A stretch of DNA of 53,885 nt from Chrysochromulina tobinii (lineage: Eukaryota), in the NCBI GenBank assembly GCA_001275005.1, contig JWZX01002919.1, positions 1-53,885 on the forward strand, read 5' to 3'. Under the pieces are notes generated by a model. That model was given only the letters and a program-made list of their open reading frames with translations, made no database searches and was not told where the DNA came from. Shown here in pieces: positions 33,002-42,904 of this stretch; the first letter of the stretch is position 1; every line of letters begins with the position of its first letter. A program made the position numbers and the translations under genes.

Positions 33002-33671
33002 ATGCTTCGTCGGCCGTGGCTTGTACTGTTCATCGCCGTCCTTCCGTCATCATCTGAGGCAGCAGCGGCCCAGTGCACGGCGACAGCCACGTGGCCCGAC
33101 GGCACTGAAATCGTGCGGTGAGCAAGGAATCAGCGCCAGAGCGGCCTCATGATCCATGCCTGGCTCTTGACGGTGCTGCGATGCTGTCTGCTGCCACAGG
33201 GAGTGCATCGTGGAGGGCGAGGGCAAGGCCAAACGGTCCGTAGCGTCTAATAGCGTCACCGACGAGGAGATGGCGTGGCTCAAGAATACTCGCTGGCTTT
33301 GGAACAACTGGAGGGAGGTGATCTTAAAGGGAGATGGCACTTTCCTTGCGCCAGCTGAGGACTGCGAGAGCGACGGGAATCCAAAGTGCCGATGGAGCGC
33401 GGCGGACGACCAAATCATCGTCAAGTGCGCGCCATGCGCCACGCGATTGCACCACCCCGTAGCCTGCACCGTATGATCGACGCCGCCGCCTCGGCACTGA
33501 TGATGAGCGACACTTTCACCACTGCACTTGACCATTGTGATGTCTTGTCTTGGGAGCGCTCGCAGCTTCGGCGGTGCCGGCGCTCACACGCTCACGGTGA
33601 CATCTGATCAGCTGATATCGGGCTTCCGCGATTCTGATAGCGATCCAGTGCAAGCGCAGCGCGTGGGTTAA
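33002..33671 (+). CDS. Small secreted hypothetical protein, 148 aa (exons 33002-33117, 33200-33424, 33566-33671)
   Basis: Signal-like MLRRPWLVLFIAVLPSSSEA. Two GT-AG introns (33118-33199, 33425-33565) join in frame through WLWNNWREVILKGDGTFLAP...CRWSA...FGGAGAHTL to TAA. Confidence 0.75.
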
Positions 33672-34968
33672 CGTCCTAACGACGCACAGCGCCAACAACA
33701 AAATCATTGTGCCGACTGACTTCGAGACGGTCGCATCAGACACGCACATGGCTCGACGCTACCTGCTCCGCTCGCTACTGGCGGCCACGAGGGATCGGCC
33801 TAGTTCCTAGTTCACGTACACATCCGAATCGGAACCCATATGTTTCGGCGGGTTCGCACAATATGTGTTCCTTTCACCGAAACTTGAACATGTTCCTCCT
33901 TGGTAGGCTTTCATGCTTGACACTTTTCGTTTCTTTCGCGCGTTCACAGCCTATGACTTGACTTGACTTGACTTCGAACTTGAGAAAACATGAAAACATG
34001 CAGAGGACCACAAAAGCTTCGCTACTGCATCGCGCACACAAACATATGGGCCCAGGGGGCGAGGGCTGGGGACCCGCTTTAATCCTTCGGTGGAACAACC
34101 AGGTTGCCTGGATTACGGTCTGTGAACCGCTAAACGCGCGCATTCCACCCTAGAAACATTTACCGCCGGCATCGGTGCGAGGCAGCAGCCTCTGTGGGTT
34201 ACGCACACGCACTAGGCGGGGAGGCGACGATGGCGGGGCGCAGCGCGTGGAGACTAGATGGCGAGGCGCGGCGCGTGGAGACAATCGCGCCGTCGTCGCC
34301 TCCCCCGGTTCTGCTCGGATGCCGTCCCACATCGCCCTTGCAATGCACCGACGCTTCCTGTTGCTTCCGTGCCCGTCGGGGCGGCGTTGAAGACGCCGGC
34401 GGCATCGAACCTGCGTGCACCGACGCGCCCGATGGCGCGCGCCCCCCGTGGGGAACGCAAAGACGCACTCGACACTGTCGCATTACGACGGTGTCGAGCA
34501 CAAGTGGCTTCCATCGCCGCCGCCGCCGCCGCCGCCGCCGCCTCTGTGGGCGTCAAGCCGCAGGCCGAGGCACCACTTTCGGCGCCGGTTGCGCCGCGCG
34601 GCGCGCTGCGTCGGCGCCTTCGCCGCCGCACCTGCACAGGACGCGCGCGCGCTCCGCGCCATCGATCCGTGCTGCGCTTGCACGAGCTGGCCCGATTAAG
34701 AGTCCGAGAGCAGCTCCTCCGCAGCGCGCGCGCATCAAGGCGCGCGGCGGCGAAAGGGGCGGGCAAGTCGATGGCACATGGAGAGATGGTTGGTGAGCAG
34801 CGCCGTCCTCCGACGCGCCTGGAGCCGGCCGCAGCGGGGCGGAGGCGCGCATCGCGCGGTCGCAAAAAAGGTTGCACGGACGCACGAATTAAAGGGGGTC
34901 CGAGCCAGTACCCTGAAAGGCTGCTGCGCTCGCCTTTTTCAGGGTCCCCAGGATTAACGAAGGGCGAC

Positions 34969-36012
34969 ATGGAGAGTTTTCTCACGGTCGTGCAGTGCCG
35001 CCGCGACGCGGCCGCCTCACGGCCATTGCCGACCGACGACGCCTTGGCGACCTTAGAGCTGCACGGTGCCGTCTGCCAAATAGGTGCCGAGGACAACCAG
35101 CTCGGCAGTGGCACGAGCCATGATGAGGAGTGCGTCATCTGCTTCGACGCGATCGCGGAGCGATTAGTGCTGCCCTGCGAATGCCGCGTTTCCTATTGCC
35201 TTGGGTGCTGGGACCGTGCGCTTGCCGCCTCGTTCAACAGCAGCGGACGAGCGCGCTGCCCAACCTGCCGGACCCCAGTGCGAGTGAATTTTGACCCAGA
35301 GGCCGCGGGAGGACGTGGTCGCCTCGTCTTCAGTGCGGAGAACGAGGGCGACGAGAGCGAAGAACGCTCCGATGTGGTCAATAGGCTCGCGGAGCAGGCA
35401 GCGCCACTGATGACGCGGTTACTGCGGTTGCATGGTGAGACTCATCCATTACTTCGTCCGATGGCGCGCGACCCTGCTGGCTCATTAGCGTCGCGACCTG
35501 TATCACATCTCAAGGCGCTCCTACAACACGTGGGCGGCGACCCGGCGGGCTGCGTTGTAAAGGCCGACATCATCGACCGCTTGCTCTTAAGGGTTGGGGG
35601 TGCGCCGCAGCTGGCCGCAGAATGCGCCGCGCTCGGATTGCGCCCCGACAGCCCCGACATCCTTGAGCTCGACGGCGGAAGCACCAACAGCCTGTGCTTG
35701 CGCTGCGTGTGCGGGGGCAACATGAAGAGGTTGTCGGGGCGAGCACGGTGCCGCCAGTTGATAAGCGGCTTTGGGCAGCAGCTCGAGCCGCAGCAGCTCG
35801 AGTTCTGGCTAGACCAGCTGATGAGAGCAGGGAGTAGGATGGTCGTTTGCGACCTTTGCGACGAGCATCTGTCACCGGACGCGCCGGTGTACACGTGCGG
35901 CAACGAGGACTCCACAATCCTCCACCCGACGACGTACGACTGTTGCGAGTCATGCTACGTGCGGTACGCCGTCGAGGGGCGCGAGGACAATCTGGCGACG
36001 GCCCGACGGTAG
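34969..36012 (+). CDS. RING finger protein with SAP/HeH-like helix pair and C-terminal ZZ-like zinc finger
   Basis: CVICFD..LPCEC..YCLGCW..CPTCR, LKALLQHVGGDPAGCVVKADII and CVCG..CDLCD..YTC..H..YDCCESC. Start taken at ATG 34969. Confidence 0.8.
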   Translation: MESFLTVVQCRRDAAASRPLPTDDALATLELHGAVCQIGAEDNQLGSGTSHDEECVICFDAIAERLVLPCECRVSYCLGCWDRALAASFNSSGRARCPTCRTPVRVNFDPEAAGGRGRLVFSAENEGDESEERSDVVNRLAEQAAPLMTRLLRLHGETHPLLRPMARDPAGSLASRPVSHLKALLQHVGGDPAGCVVKADIIDRLLLRVGGAPQLAAECAALGLRPDSPDILELDGGSTNSLCLRCVCGGNMKRLSGRARCRQLISGFGQQLEPQQLEFWLDQLMRAGSRMVVCDLCDEHLSPDAPVYTCGNEDSTILHPTTYDCCESCYVRYAVEGREDNLATARR

Positions 36013-36200
36013 CTCTCACGGCTGGGAGTTACACTTACAGTCGAGTAAGGCTGGGCGTTCGGTTCGGAACGGACATGGTTTTGGTTAATAAGAAATGGAC
36101 GCGTGCTCGTGTCGTGACAAAATCCCTCACGTGAATTTGAAAGGTTGCGGACTACCCGGGTATATCTCAATGCACATTGGTACATATCGTTCTAGTACCG

Positions 36201-36296
36201 GAACACCGTACACGCTTTGTATGCCCCTGGGGGAGACCCCCTTGCCACGTGTACGCTGCCAGTTGGCGTTGTTTACTTACTTACTTACTTACTTAC
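36201..36296 (+). mobile_element. 96-bp 3'-terminal retroposon fragment with (TTAC)6 tail and 16-bp TSD
   Basis: TATCGTTCTAGTACCG at 36185-36200 and 36297-36312. Tail at 36273-36296. Internal stem CGTACACG/CGTGTACG. Confidence 0.85.
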
Positions 36297-36361
36297 TATC
36301 GTTCTAGTACCGCGGTATCTTCAATCTTCCGGTAGGTTCCGCGCGCGCCTTCATTTCGCTA

Positions 36362-36732
36362 ACATTTCGCCGACCGCCTTCCATTCGTGCCGCCTTCGAG
36401 CACAGGGGTCAGAACAGCCGGGGTCAGGGCACGCGCGGGAGGCGCTCTGGGAGGGGGTGGCTTGGGGTGGCGGCAGAGGGTCGGGTCGCTGGGGGCGGCC
36501 TCTTCTGAGTCGACCGCGGGGAGCGGTCGGCTCCGGGGCTGCGGCTGTTGAGTCGGCCGCGGTTTCGTCACGGTTTCGGTCGTCGTGCGGTCGTGCGTGA
36601 GGCATGGTGTGGGTGCGTTGGTGTGTTGGGATGGTTGTGAGGTTCGTTTGTGTGATCCGTGTGCCCGTCTGCGCCCGTGCGCCCCGTGTGTGTCCCGTGA
36701 GTGTCCCGGCTCCCCCGGTGTGTCTTTTTACC
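36362..36732 (+). mobile_element. Dispersed SINE-like repeat, copy 1
   Basis: Co-linear with 52074-52370 from ACATTTCGCCGACCGC to CCCGGCTCCCCC..GTCTTTTTACC. Confidence 0.75.
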
Positions 36733-36795
36733 TTCGTCTCCTTCACGTTCCTTCTTCACGACGGAATACCTGCACCGAGAGTGTGAAACATCGGA

Positions 36796-37329
36796 ATGCC
36801 TGCACCAGGGGTGCTTGCGCTCTTCGTGCTGGCCGGTTCAACATTAGCTGGATTGGCCATGGCAAACTACTACGTAAAGCAGTTGGGTGGCTTGCAACAT
36901 CTTGGCAAGCTTGCAATTCTTTCTTTCACTCTGTGTGTGGTATCTGCCACCTTCTGGGCGTGGGCCTCATATAAGCTGCTCGCATTGCACGACGCGGACC
37001 TTGGCGTGGTCTCATTCCTCATCGCATTCACGATGTCATACCGTACTTGTGACCTGTGTGCCGTCCAGGTGTCTCGCGTGTCGTCTCGCCGGCGAGCGCC
37101 ACTCTCTCAGCAGCGCACACTCCACCCTCTGGCGCTGATAGTGGTTGTGGTGAATTACCTCTGCGTCTTGCTGATGATCGACGGGCTTCCGAGCACTTTT
37201 CAACTGTACCTGCTCATCGGTGCTGTTTACTGGACTGGCGCAGCTGCGGGAATCTGGATGTTGCTCAGCGACGAGAATGTGGAGCGTCTGCCCCTGATCG
37301 ACAGCGGTAGCGGGGGGCCCGGGGGCTAA
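36796..37329 (+). CDS. Small multi-pass membrane protein of unknown function
   Basis: 177-aa ATG ORF with about five hydrophobic segments. Confidence 0.7.
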   Translation: MPAPGVLALFVLAGSTLAGLAMANYYVKQLGGLQHLGKLAILSFTLCVVSATFWAWASYKLLALHDADLGVVSFLIAFTMSYRTCDLCAVQVSRVSSRRRAPLSQQRTLHPLALIVVVVNYLCVLLMIDGLPSTFQLYLLIGAVYWTGAAAGIWMLLSDENVERLPLIDSGSGGPGG

Positions 37330-37655
37330 ACGTCACCTGATCATAGGGAAGCCGACGTTCAAAGGTGACTAGGTGAGAGCGGAGAGCGACCGAGGCGGGA
37401 GTTTATGTTAGGCGACAGAGCGCACCGACAAGGCGTCGTCTCCATCACGCACCCATGAACGCACACGAACACCGAGCACGCACCGACGCGACCCGCACCC
37501 GGAGAGAACCGGCCGCGAGCGCGTGCGACCACGCGTTGCCGCCACCTCCCTCCCTTGTGGGCTCTCTGACGCCCGGGCGCGCGCGATCGGCCTTGCCAGA
37601 GGATCTTCCGGGAAACAGGGCTGCGCGAAGCTCGTCAAATCGTCCTGCGATGGCT

Positions 37656-38588
37656 CTACAGCTTATGCTGCCCAAGGTCGATTAAGTTCTCGGCTCGGAC
37701 GCTGACCACCTTACCGTCCTTCAAGGTCACTTGGTAGCGCTCTTTGGGCTCATGGAAGCCCGAGAGACGACCCTCCAGTCCGTTGAGCTGCTCACCAGCC
37801 GCGGAGGTGAGCCCATGGATGAGCACGCGCGCATCCTTCGGCAGCCGCGTGGATGCTACTGGCTTCGGCGCCGGCGCATTCGGCATGTCGTCACCCTTCA
37901 GGCGGATGTCAACGTCGATGTTGCCCTCGAGGCCCTCGAAGCACTGCTCGGCCGAGAAGATGTGGATGTCGTTGAGCACCTTGAGCGACGTCTGGCCATC
38001 ACTATCGACGGTCACCTGAGACACATCCTTAACCGTCACCTCTGCGCCTCCCTTCTTCTTCGAGTACGCCTTGAGAAATGGCTTGAGGATGGCCTCGGCA
38101 AAGGGCTTGGCCATCTGCTTCTCACTTAGCGTCAGCTTAAGCATCACGCTATTGCATTCCACGCGAACGACGACTCCGTCGGCCCCATGCATGCTTGCCG
38201 TGATTTGGCTCCGCTCGTCTGCGATGGCGAGGCATGTTGGCATGATTTGCACCTTTTCTCGAATCTTTTCCACGTAAACTATGCATCGCTTTCCGTAGAA
38301 GCCCTCAACTGTGCCAAGCTGCCCGTTGAGCTCGGGTTTCTTCTCTACGTCAGCAATACGGACCCTCGAGCCCACAACAAAGCCACCGAATTCTTCGGCA
38401 ACTTCGAGCGCCTCCAGCTTGAGTGCAAGCGCTTCCCTCATGTCGTCGATCAGGACATTGTACCGGCCCGTATCCTGGCTCAGGCTCTCGACCGTGCCAA
38501 GTGAACCGTTGAGCTCCGGGCGCGCTTTGAGCCCAACGATGCGCACGCGTGCACCTGAGGTTACGGCGTCGTTGATGCCGTTGCCCAT
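37656..38588 (-). CDS. Protein with three SH3/KOW-like (G.RV.I.GL...PELNG..G.V) repeats
   Basis: GARVRIVGLKARPELNGSLGTV, GSRVRIADVEKKPELNGQLGTV and DARVLIHGLTSAAGEQLNGLEGRL. Confidence 0.8.
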   Translation of the reverse strand: MGNGINDAVTSGARVRIVGLKARPELNGSLGTVESLSQDTGRYNVLIDDMREALALKLEALEVAEEFGGFVVGSRVRIADVEKKPELNGQLGTVEGFYGKRCIVYVEKIREKVQIMPTCLAIADERSQITASMHGADGVVVRVECNSVMLKLTLSEKQMAKPFAEAILKPFLKAYSKKKGGAEVTVKDVSQVTVDSDGQTSLKVLNDIHIFSAEQCFEGLEGNIDVDIRLKGDDMPNAPAPKPVASTRLPKDARVLIHGLTSAAGEQLNGLEGRLSGFHEPKERYQVTLKDGKVVSVRAENLIDLGQHKL

Positions 38589-38773
38589 TCACAAGCCCAT
38601 TTTGTTCGAAGCCCATTGCCAAATTCAGTTTTCTCGCGAGTTGGCATTACATGTACGAGTTCTTGTGGTCAAGGCAAATCAAGTATTGACTTGAACTTGA
38701 CTTGTCTTGTTAGTTGACTTGACTAGACTTTTCGAATTGAGTTAACTTGTTAACAGCTCGCTGATTTTTCGCC

Positions 38774-39529
38774 ATGAAGGCGACTGTCTTGTTGCTCCTC
38801 CTCGCGATCGCGAAACCTTCAGCGGCTATCGAGGCGCTGCTCGCCGAAGGCAACCCTTATGATAATGCCGTGCACATGACTGCGACGTGCTGCCCTGCGC
38901 AGGCGCTGCCACCAACGGCGTTGCTCGCTGATGCAGCACTCCTCAGGCTCCAGACGGACACCTTTGTTGGGAAGCGCACACGCCAGCATTACGGACACCC
39001 CGTCGAGGTGTTCACCTTCAAGCAGCCCCAAAGACTGTCGTATCGAGAGCTCGGCTTCGATCTAGCACTCGTTGACGCGGCCGGAGTCGACCCGACTGGT
39101 CTCGTTGAAGTGCCTGCTGAGCCGGCCGAGGCTGTGGACTCCTGGTTTCCCGACTATGCTTGGTCGCACTACGTCGTGTGCGTCGCGGCCGGCGGTTACG
39201 CGCCCAAGCACCTCGGATGGAGGTTTTCGCGCAAAGGCAGCGCCACCGGCTTCGGTCCGGAGTCGTTCGTTGCTATGATCGTCCGTGCCGAACATGAGGA
39301 GGAGAAGCTAGTTGGTGCCGTGCAGGACAGTGAGCCCCTCTCCGTCGCCGTCGCAGTATCGTCGGGCGGCGCCTACGACCAGCACGCCGTGCACAACGCC
39401 GATGCGTTGGAAGAGGTGGAGGACAAAGTGGAGACGATGGTGCCGCTGCCGGTCGGCATCGATGCTCCTGGATGGCTTGTGAAGATGATGGTCGCGATCA
39501 CGGCGCGGTCGGTGCCATCGAGCAGCTGA
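38774..39529 (+). CDS. Secreted cereblon-like (CULT domain) protein
   Basis: Signal peptide MKATVLLLLLAIAKPSAA. SWFPDYAWS and HLGWRF correspond to cereblon SWFPGYAWT and HIGWKF. Confidence 0.75.
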   Translation: MKATVLLLLLAIAKPSAAIEALLAEGNPYDNAVHMTATCCPAQALPPTALLADAALLRLQTDTFVGKRTRQHYGHPVEVFTFKQPQRLSYRELGFDLALVDAAGVDPTGLVEVPAEPAEAVDSWFPDYAWSHYVVCVAAGGYAPKHLGWRFSRKGSATGFGPESFVAMIVRAEHEEEKLVGAVQDSEPLSVAVAVSSGGAYDQHAVHNADALEEVEDKVETMVPLPVGIDAPGWLVKMMVAITARSVPSSS

Positions 39530-40181
39530 ATCCAGGTGGCGCACATGATCCCCCCGTGTAGGAGTGCATGTAAGCGCACGCTGCCATTGTGTCTGAGTCC
39601 AACTGCCCATCGTAGTTTTTAACGTACATGTAGTTTGCCACTCGGTCAAAACGGCCCTGGCCACCGCCCTGTTCTCACGCATAATATTTTATATTTGGCA
39701 GATCCGCAGATGCCAGATCACATCATGCATAGATTCGAGAGAGGCGCCTCGGCTCCTCGAGAGTGTCCCTCCGTCCTGTCTGTGTGTCTGACATGAGAGC
39801 TCCGCCGAGCTCCTTACAAGTTACATGTTCCTTAGATCTGGTACTTCATTTCACCCCTTTGAGGCTTTGTAAACGACGCCATCCTTCGTCTTTCTTTTGA
39901 TACGCCGTGGTAGCCCGTTATACGTTAGCTGCATACGTACGGTAGCTTAGTTTTATCTTTGTGTCAAAGGCGTTTGCTCGTGATTTTTTAGCTGGAGGAC
40001 CGAGGTACATGTAACTGACTGACTGATTTCCCGTCTTCACGCGAGCTGTCACGCACTTAACGTCACTCCCGCTCTGTTTTCCCCACAGGGGCGTTCCCCT
40101 GGGAGTGGGATGCACATGTGGACGGCAAACTGGACGCGGTCGGCCGCCGAGCCCTCCGGCGCGAGTCGGAACACCGGGTGC

Positions 40182-40964
40182 ATGCGCCCCTGTCGGTTGG
40201 CGCTGCTCGTGCTGTACGTGCTGTACGCATCAGCTGCCGAAGACCAATGCCCGAACACCAGTAGCGCGCCTGAGCCCGAGGCGGAGGAGCTGTCAGCCAA
40301 CCCTCGAGTGGTTCGTTTCACAAAGCTACTGACGAATGATGAATGTGATCAGCTGATTGATCTGGGTACCCCGAGGCTCCAACGCTCGGAGATGGGCTCT
40401 TTCGAGCACGCTCCAACCAGCGACGCTGACGCTCCGGCGATCCAGCGCACTTCAAGCTCCATCTTATTTGATCGTCACACGGACGCTGATGAGCCGCTTC
40501 TGCACCACTTGCGAGCGCGCTTGGCGCACCTAGCCGGCCAACCGTTGTCTCTTGCCGAACCACTGCAGCTTACGCGTTACAGCCCTGGCGATTTCTATGG
40601 ATTGCATCTGGATGCGAGCTATGAGGTCCCGCGTGTCGCCACGGTGCTCGTCTACCTCTCCGACGACGTGGAAGGAGGCGAGACGTGCTTCCCGCGCATC
40701 GGCACGGCCGGGCGTATGCGTCCATTAGCTAAGCTAGCAGCGGCCGGCATGCTCGCCAGCGAGCTTGCTAAAGGAAGCCAATATTGCGAAAGCGATAGGG
40801 CCGTGTTGCGTGTGTCGCCGCGCAAGGGCGATGGGCTTCTGTTCTTCCCATTTGTCGACGGCGCGCCTGATCACGATGCCGTGCATGGCGGATGCGCCGT
40901 CCGCCGGGGTGTCAAGTGGGTCGCGCAGCTGTGGTTCACGTTGGGCCTTGACGCGGGTGGATAA
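40182..40964 (+). CDS. Prolyl 4-hydroxylase alpha-type 2OG-Fe(II) oxygenase
   Basis: LSANPRV, LLTNDECDQLI, RTSS, EPLQLTRY, HLD (HxD), RVATVLVYLSD.VEGGETCFP, HGGCAV and KWVAQLW, plus a signal/anchor segment. Confidence 0.92.
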   Translation: MRPCRLALLVLYVLYASAAEDQCPNTSSAPEPEAEELSANPRVVRFTKLLTNDECDQLIDLGTPRLQRSEMGSFEHAPTSDADAPAIQRTSSSILFDRHTDADEPLLHHLRARLAHLAGQPLSLAEPLQLTRYSPGDFYGLHLDASYEVPRVATVLVYLSDDVEGGETCFPRIGTAGRMRPLAKLAAAGMLASELAKGSQYCESDRAVLRVSPRKGDGLLFFPFVDGAPDHDAVHGGCAVRRGVKWVAQLWFTLGLDAGG

Positions 40965-41145
40965 CGAGTTTAAAGACGACCACCAACCTTCGTCGTCTGT
41001 ACATGAGCACGATTGTCCACATATACAGTATCATCATGTGCCATTTTAAAGGGGTTGAAATTTTTCGAAAATTTTTAATGGGGCCCCACACACACAGCAA
41101 TGGCGTAGTTTTCACAGCTACCGGTACATGTAATGGTGCGACAGG

Positions 41146-42429
41146 ATGCAAAATGCTCTTGTCTCGACCGCGACACCGACTCTGAAGCCTCTGCGGCCTG
41201 TGAAGTCTCTGGCGGTGAACGTCGCTCCGGCGTCGGCTGCGGCGCCGTTAGAGCTCGATGACATTGCAGAGGCGTTCAGCCTGATCGATGCAAACGGCGA
41301 TGGCGTGCTCTCGCGTGCCGAGGTGATTAAGGCTTGCCGGGCGAGCGAGAGGGTGCGCACGCTGCTTGGCCTGCCGAAGAACATCCGCCAAGAGGACGGC
41401 ACGCGTGACTCATTCGAAGAGGTTTTTCAGAAATTTGATGCCGACGATTCCAAGTCGATTACGCTCGACGAGTTCTCAGGTCGACTACTAAAGAGGACGA
41501 GCCCTCAAGCCCCGGCGCCAACGCCGTCGCAAGGGATGGCCTCCACGGGCGACGTGGCCCGCCCCCATGTGCGCGCCGTACCTGCCTGGGTCAGCTCTCC
41601 ACTGCGCGAGGAGCTTTCAGGAAGGCGCAAGAAGGCGCAGTTCCTAGCGAAGCAGGCGCAGATCGCGGCAGAGAACTGGGCCGTCACGTTCATCCAGGCG
41701 GCCTTCCGGAGCAGGAAGGCTCGCGTCCAGACCATGCAAGGGCACGAATCGTCGCACGAATCGGCCGATGAGCACTATGCTGCCATGGTAAGAGCACGAG
41801 CCGGATCCCATTCGATGGTCTTCTGGGAAAGCACACGACAGGAGCTGCTCGCACAGCTTGAGAGTCTGACGTTCGACGGGAAGGCGCCGGGCCAAGCGCT
41901 CCCGGCGCCTCAGCTTTCGCAGGTTATATCCTCGATTGCTGCACTGGACGCGTCGTTGCCCGTCCCGGCCACGATCAAGCAGCGACGAGCCATGATCGAT
42001 GCTTGGTACCAAGCAAATGCTGACGCTGATCCCTCCCCAGACATCATGCGCCTCGCGCGTCTCGCCTTCGGAGCAGTATGCTCTGAGGACGAGGTGGAAT
42101 CTGCACGTCAGAGGGGAGTTCGTGTGGCCGACTTTCACGTGCTCCGTGCTGCTGAGGCCGAAGGTGAGTTCCGCATTCATGCCAATCGGACCCATTGTTT
42201 TTGCCGAGTCGGGGATCGCTTCTTGCTGACGCGGGAGGAAGCGTGGGTGGAGCTGGTTGTGCACGAGAGCGGGAGCGCCAGTGAGGGTGAACACAAAGGC
42301 ATGGCGCGCGTGCAAGCACGTTCAGTTGGCGCGGTGTTGCGGGAACGCGACGCAGGAGGAAGCGCACCTGTGTGGAGCTTCGACGAAGTCCACCCTTCAG
42401 TGCGCAGCCGGCTCCTCGAGTTGACGTGA
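41146..42429 (+). CDS. EF-hand pair plus IQ-motif protein
   Basis: DANGDGVLSRAEV and DADDSKSITLDEF loops; IQAAFRSRKAR. Confidence 0.8.
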   Translation: MQNALVSTATPTLKPLRPVKSLAVNVAPASAAAPLELDDIAEAFSLIDANGDGVLSRAEVIKACRASERVRTLLGLPKNIRQEDGTRDSFEEVFQKFDADDSKSITLDEFSGRLLKRTSPQAPAPTPSQGMASTGDVARPHVRAVPAWVSSPLREELSGRRKKAQFLAKQAQIAAENWAVTFIQAAFRSRKARVQTMQGHESSHESADEHYAAMVRARAGSHSMVFWESTRQELLAQLESLTFDGKAPGQALPAPQLSQVISSIAALDASLPVPATIKQRRAMIDAWYQANADADPSPDIMRLARLAFGAVCSEDEVESARQRGVRVADFHVLRAAEAEGEFRIHANRTHCFCRVGDRFLLTREEAWVELVVHESGSASEGEHKGMARVQARSVGAVLRERDAGGSAPVWSFDEVHPSVRSRLLELT

Positions 42430-42904
42430 GGCTGAGGTCTCAGGGTGCATGGGCGGCCACGCAAATCGTGTAATCGCGAGCCTGCCGCGCGACGCGTCAT
42501 TCCACGCGCGGCACGCCCGCCCGATCCACGGGACCGTCATGGTAACTGCAATGTATTTTTTAGCTCCGTCCTCAGTTCGGGAGAACTAATTTAGTTTAGT
42601 CAGGTTTAGTCAAAAACCACTGAGCACTGTAGGGAAATCCCAGTGGAGATTTATTGGAGCAACGTGTGGAACACACAACGCGTTATTAACACCGGCTGCT
42701 CAATGGAAGCACCAAGCCGGTCGACACAGATTGTCACCTGCTACTGTGGCTCACTTCACACTTCCTTCACACAAGGGATTCCCAGGATTACCCAACTTTT
42801 TTGAGGCATCAGCACACAGGCGGCGTGGCGTGTCACGTGCACGCGCGCCCGCTCTTCGCTCCGTGGACGTTGTGTTTTTGCCCTTGGGCTTGTTTTCGCC
42901 GTCG

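Noticed and set aside
32855..33016. Imperfect inverted repeat (CGACGAAACT/AGTTTCGTCG) as a MITE
   Set aside because: Only 10 bp is perfect, the outer arm overlaps the 33002 coding start, and there is no TSD.
34258..34968. N-terminal extension of the RING ORF
   Set aside because: R/A-rich low-information translation of a probable non-coding or repeat block; ATG 34969 is more plausible.
41040..41104. AT-rich palindrome AAATTTTTCGAAAATTT with GCCATT/AATGGC ends
   Set aside because: Short and single-copy in the window; cannot be assigned to an element.
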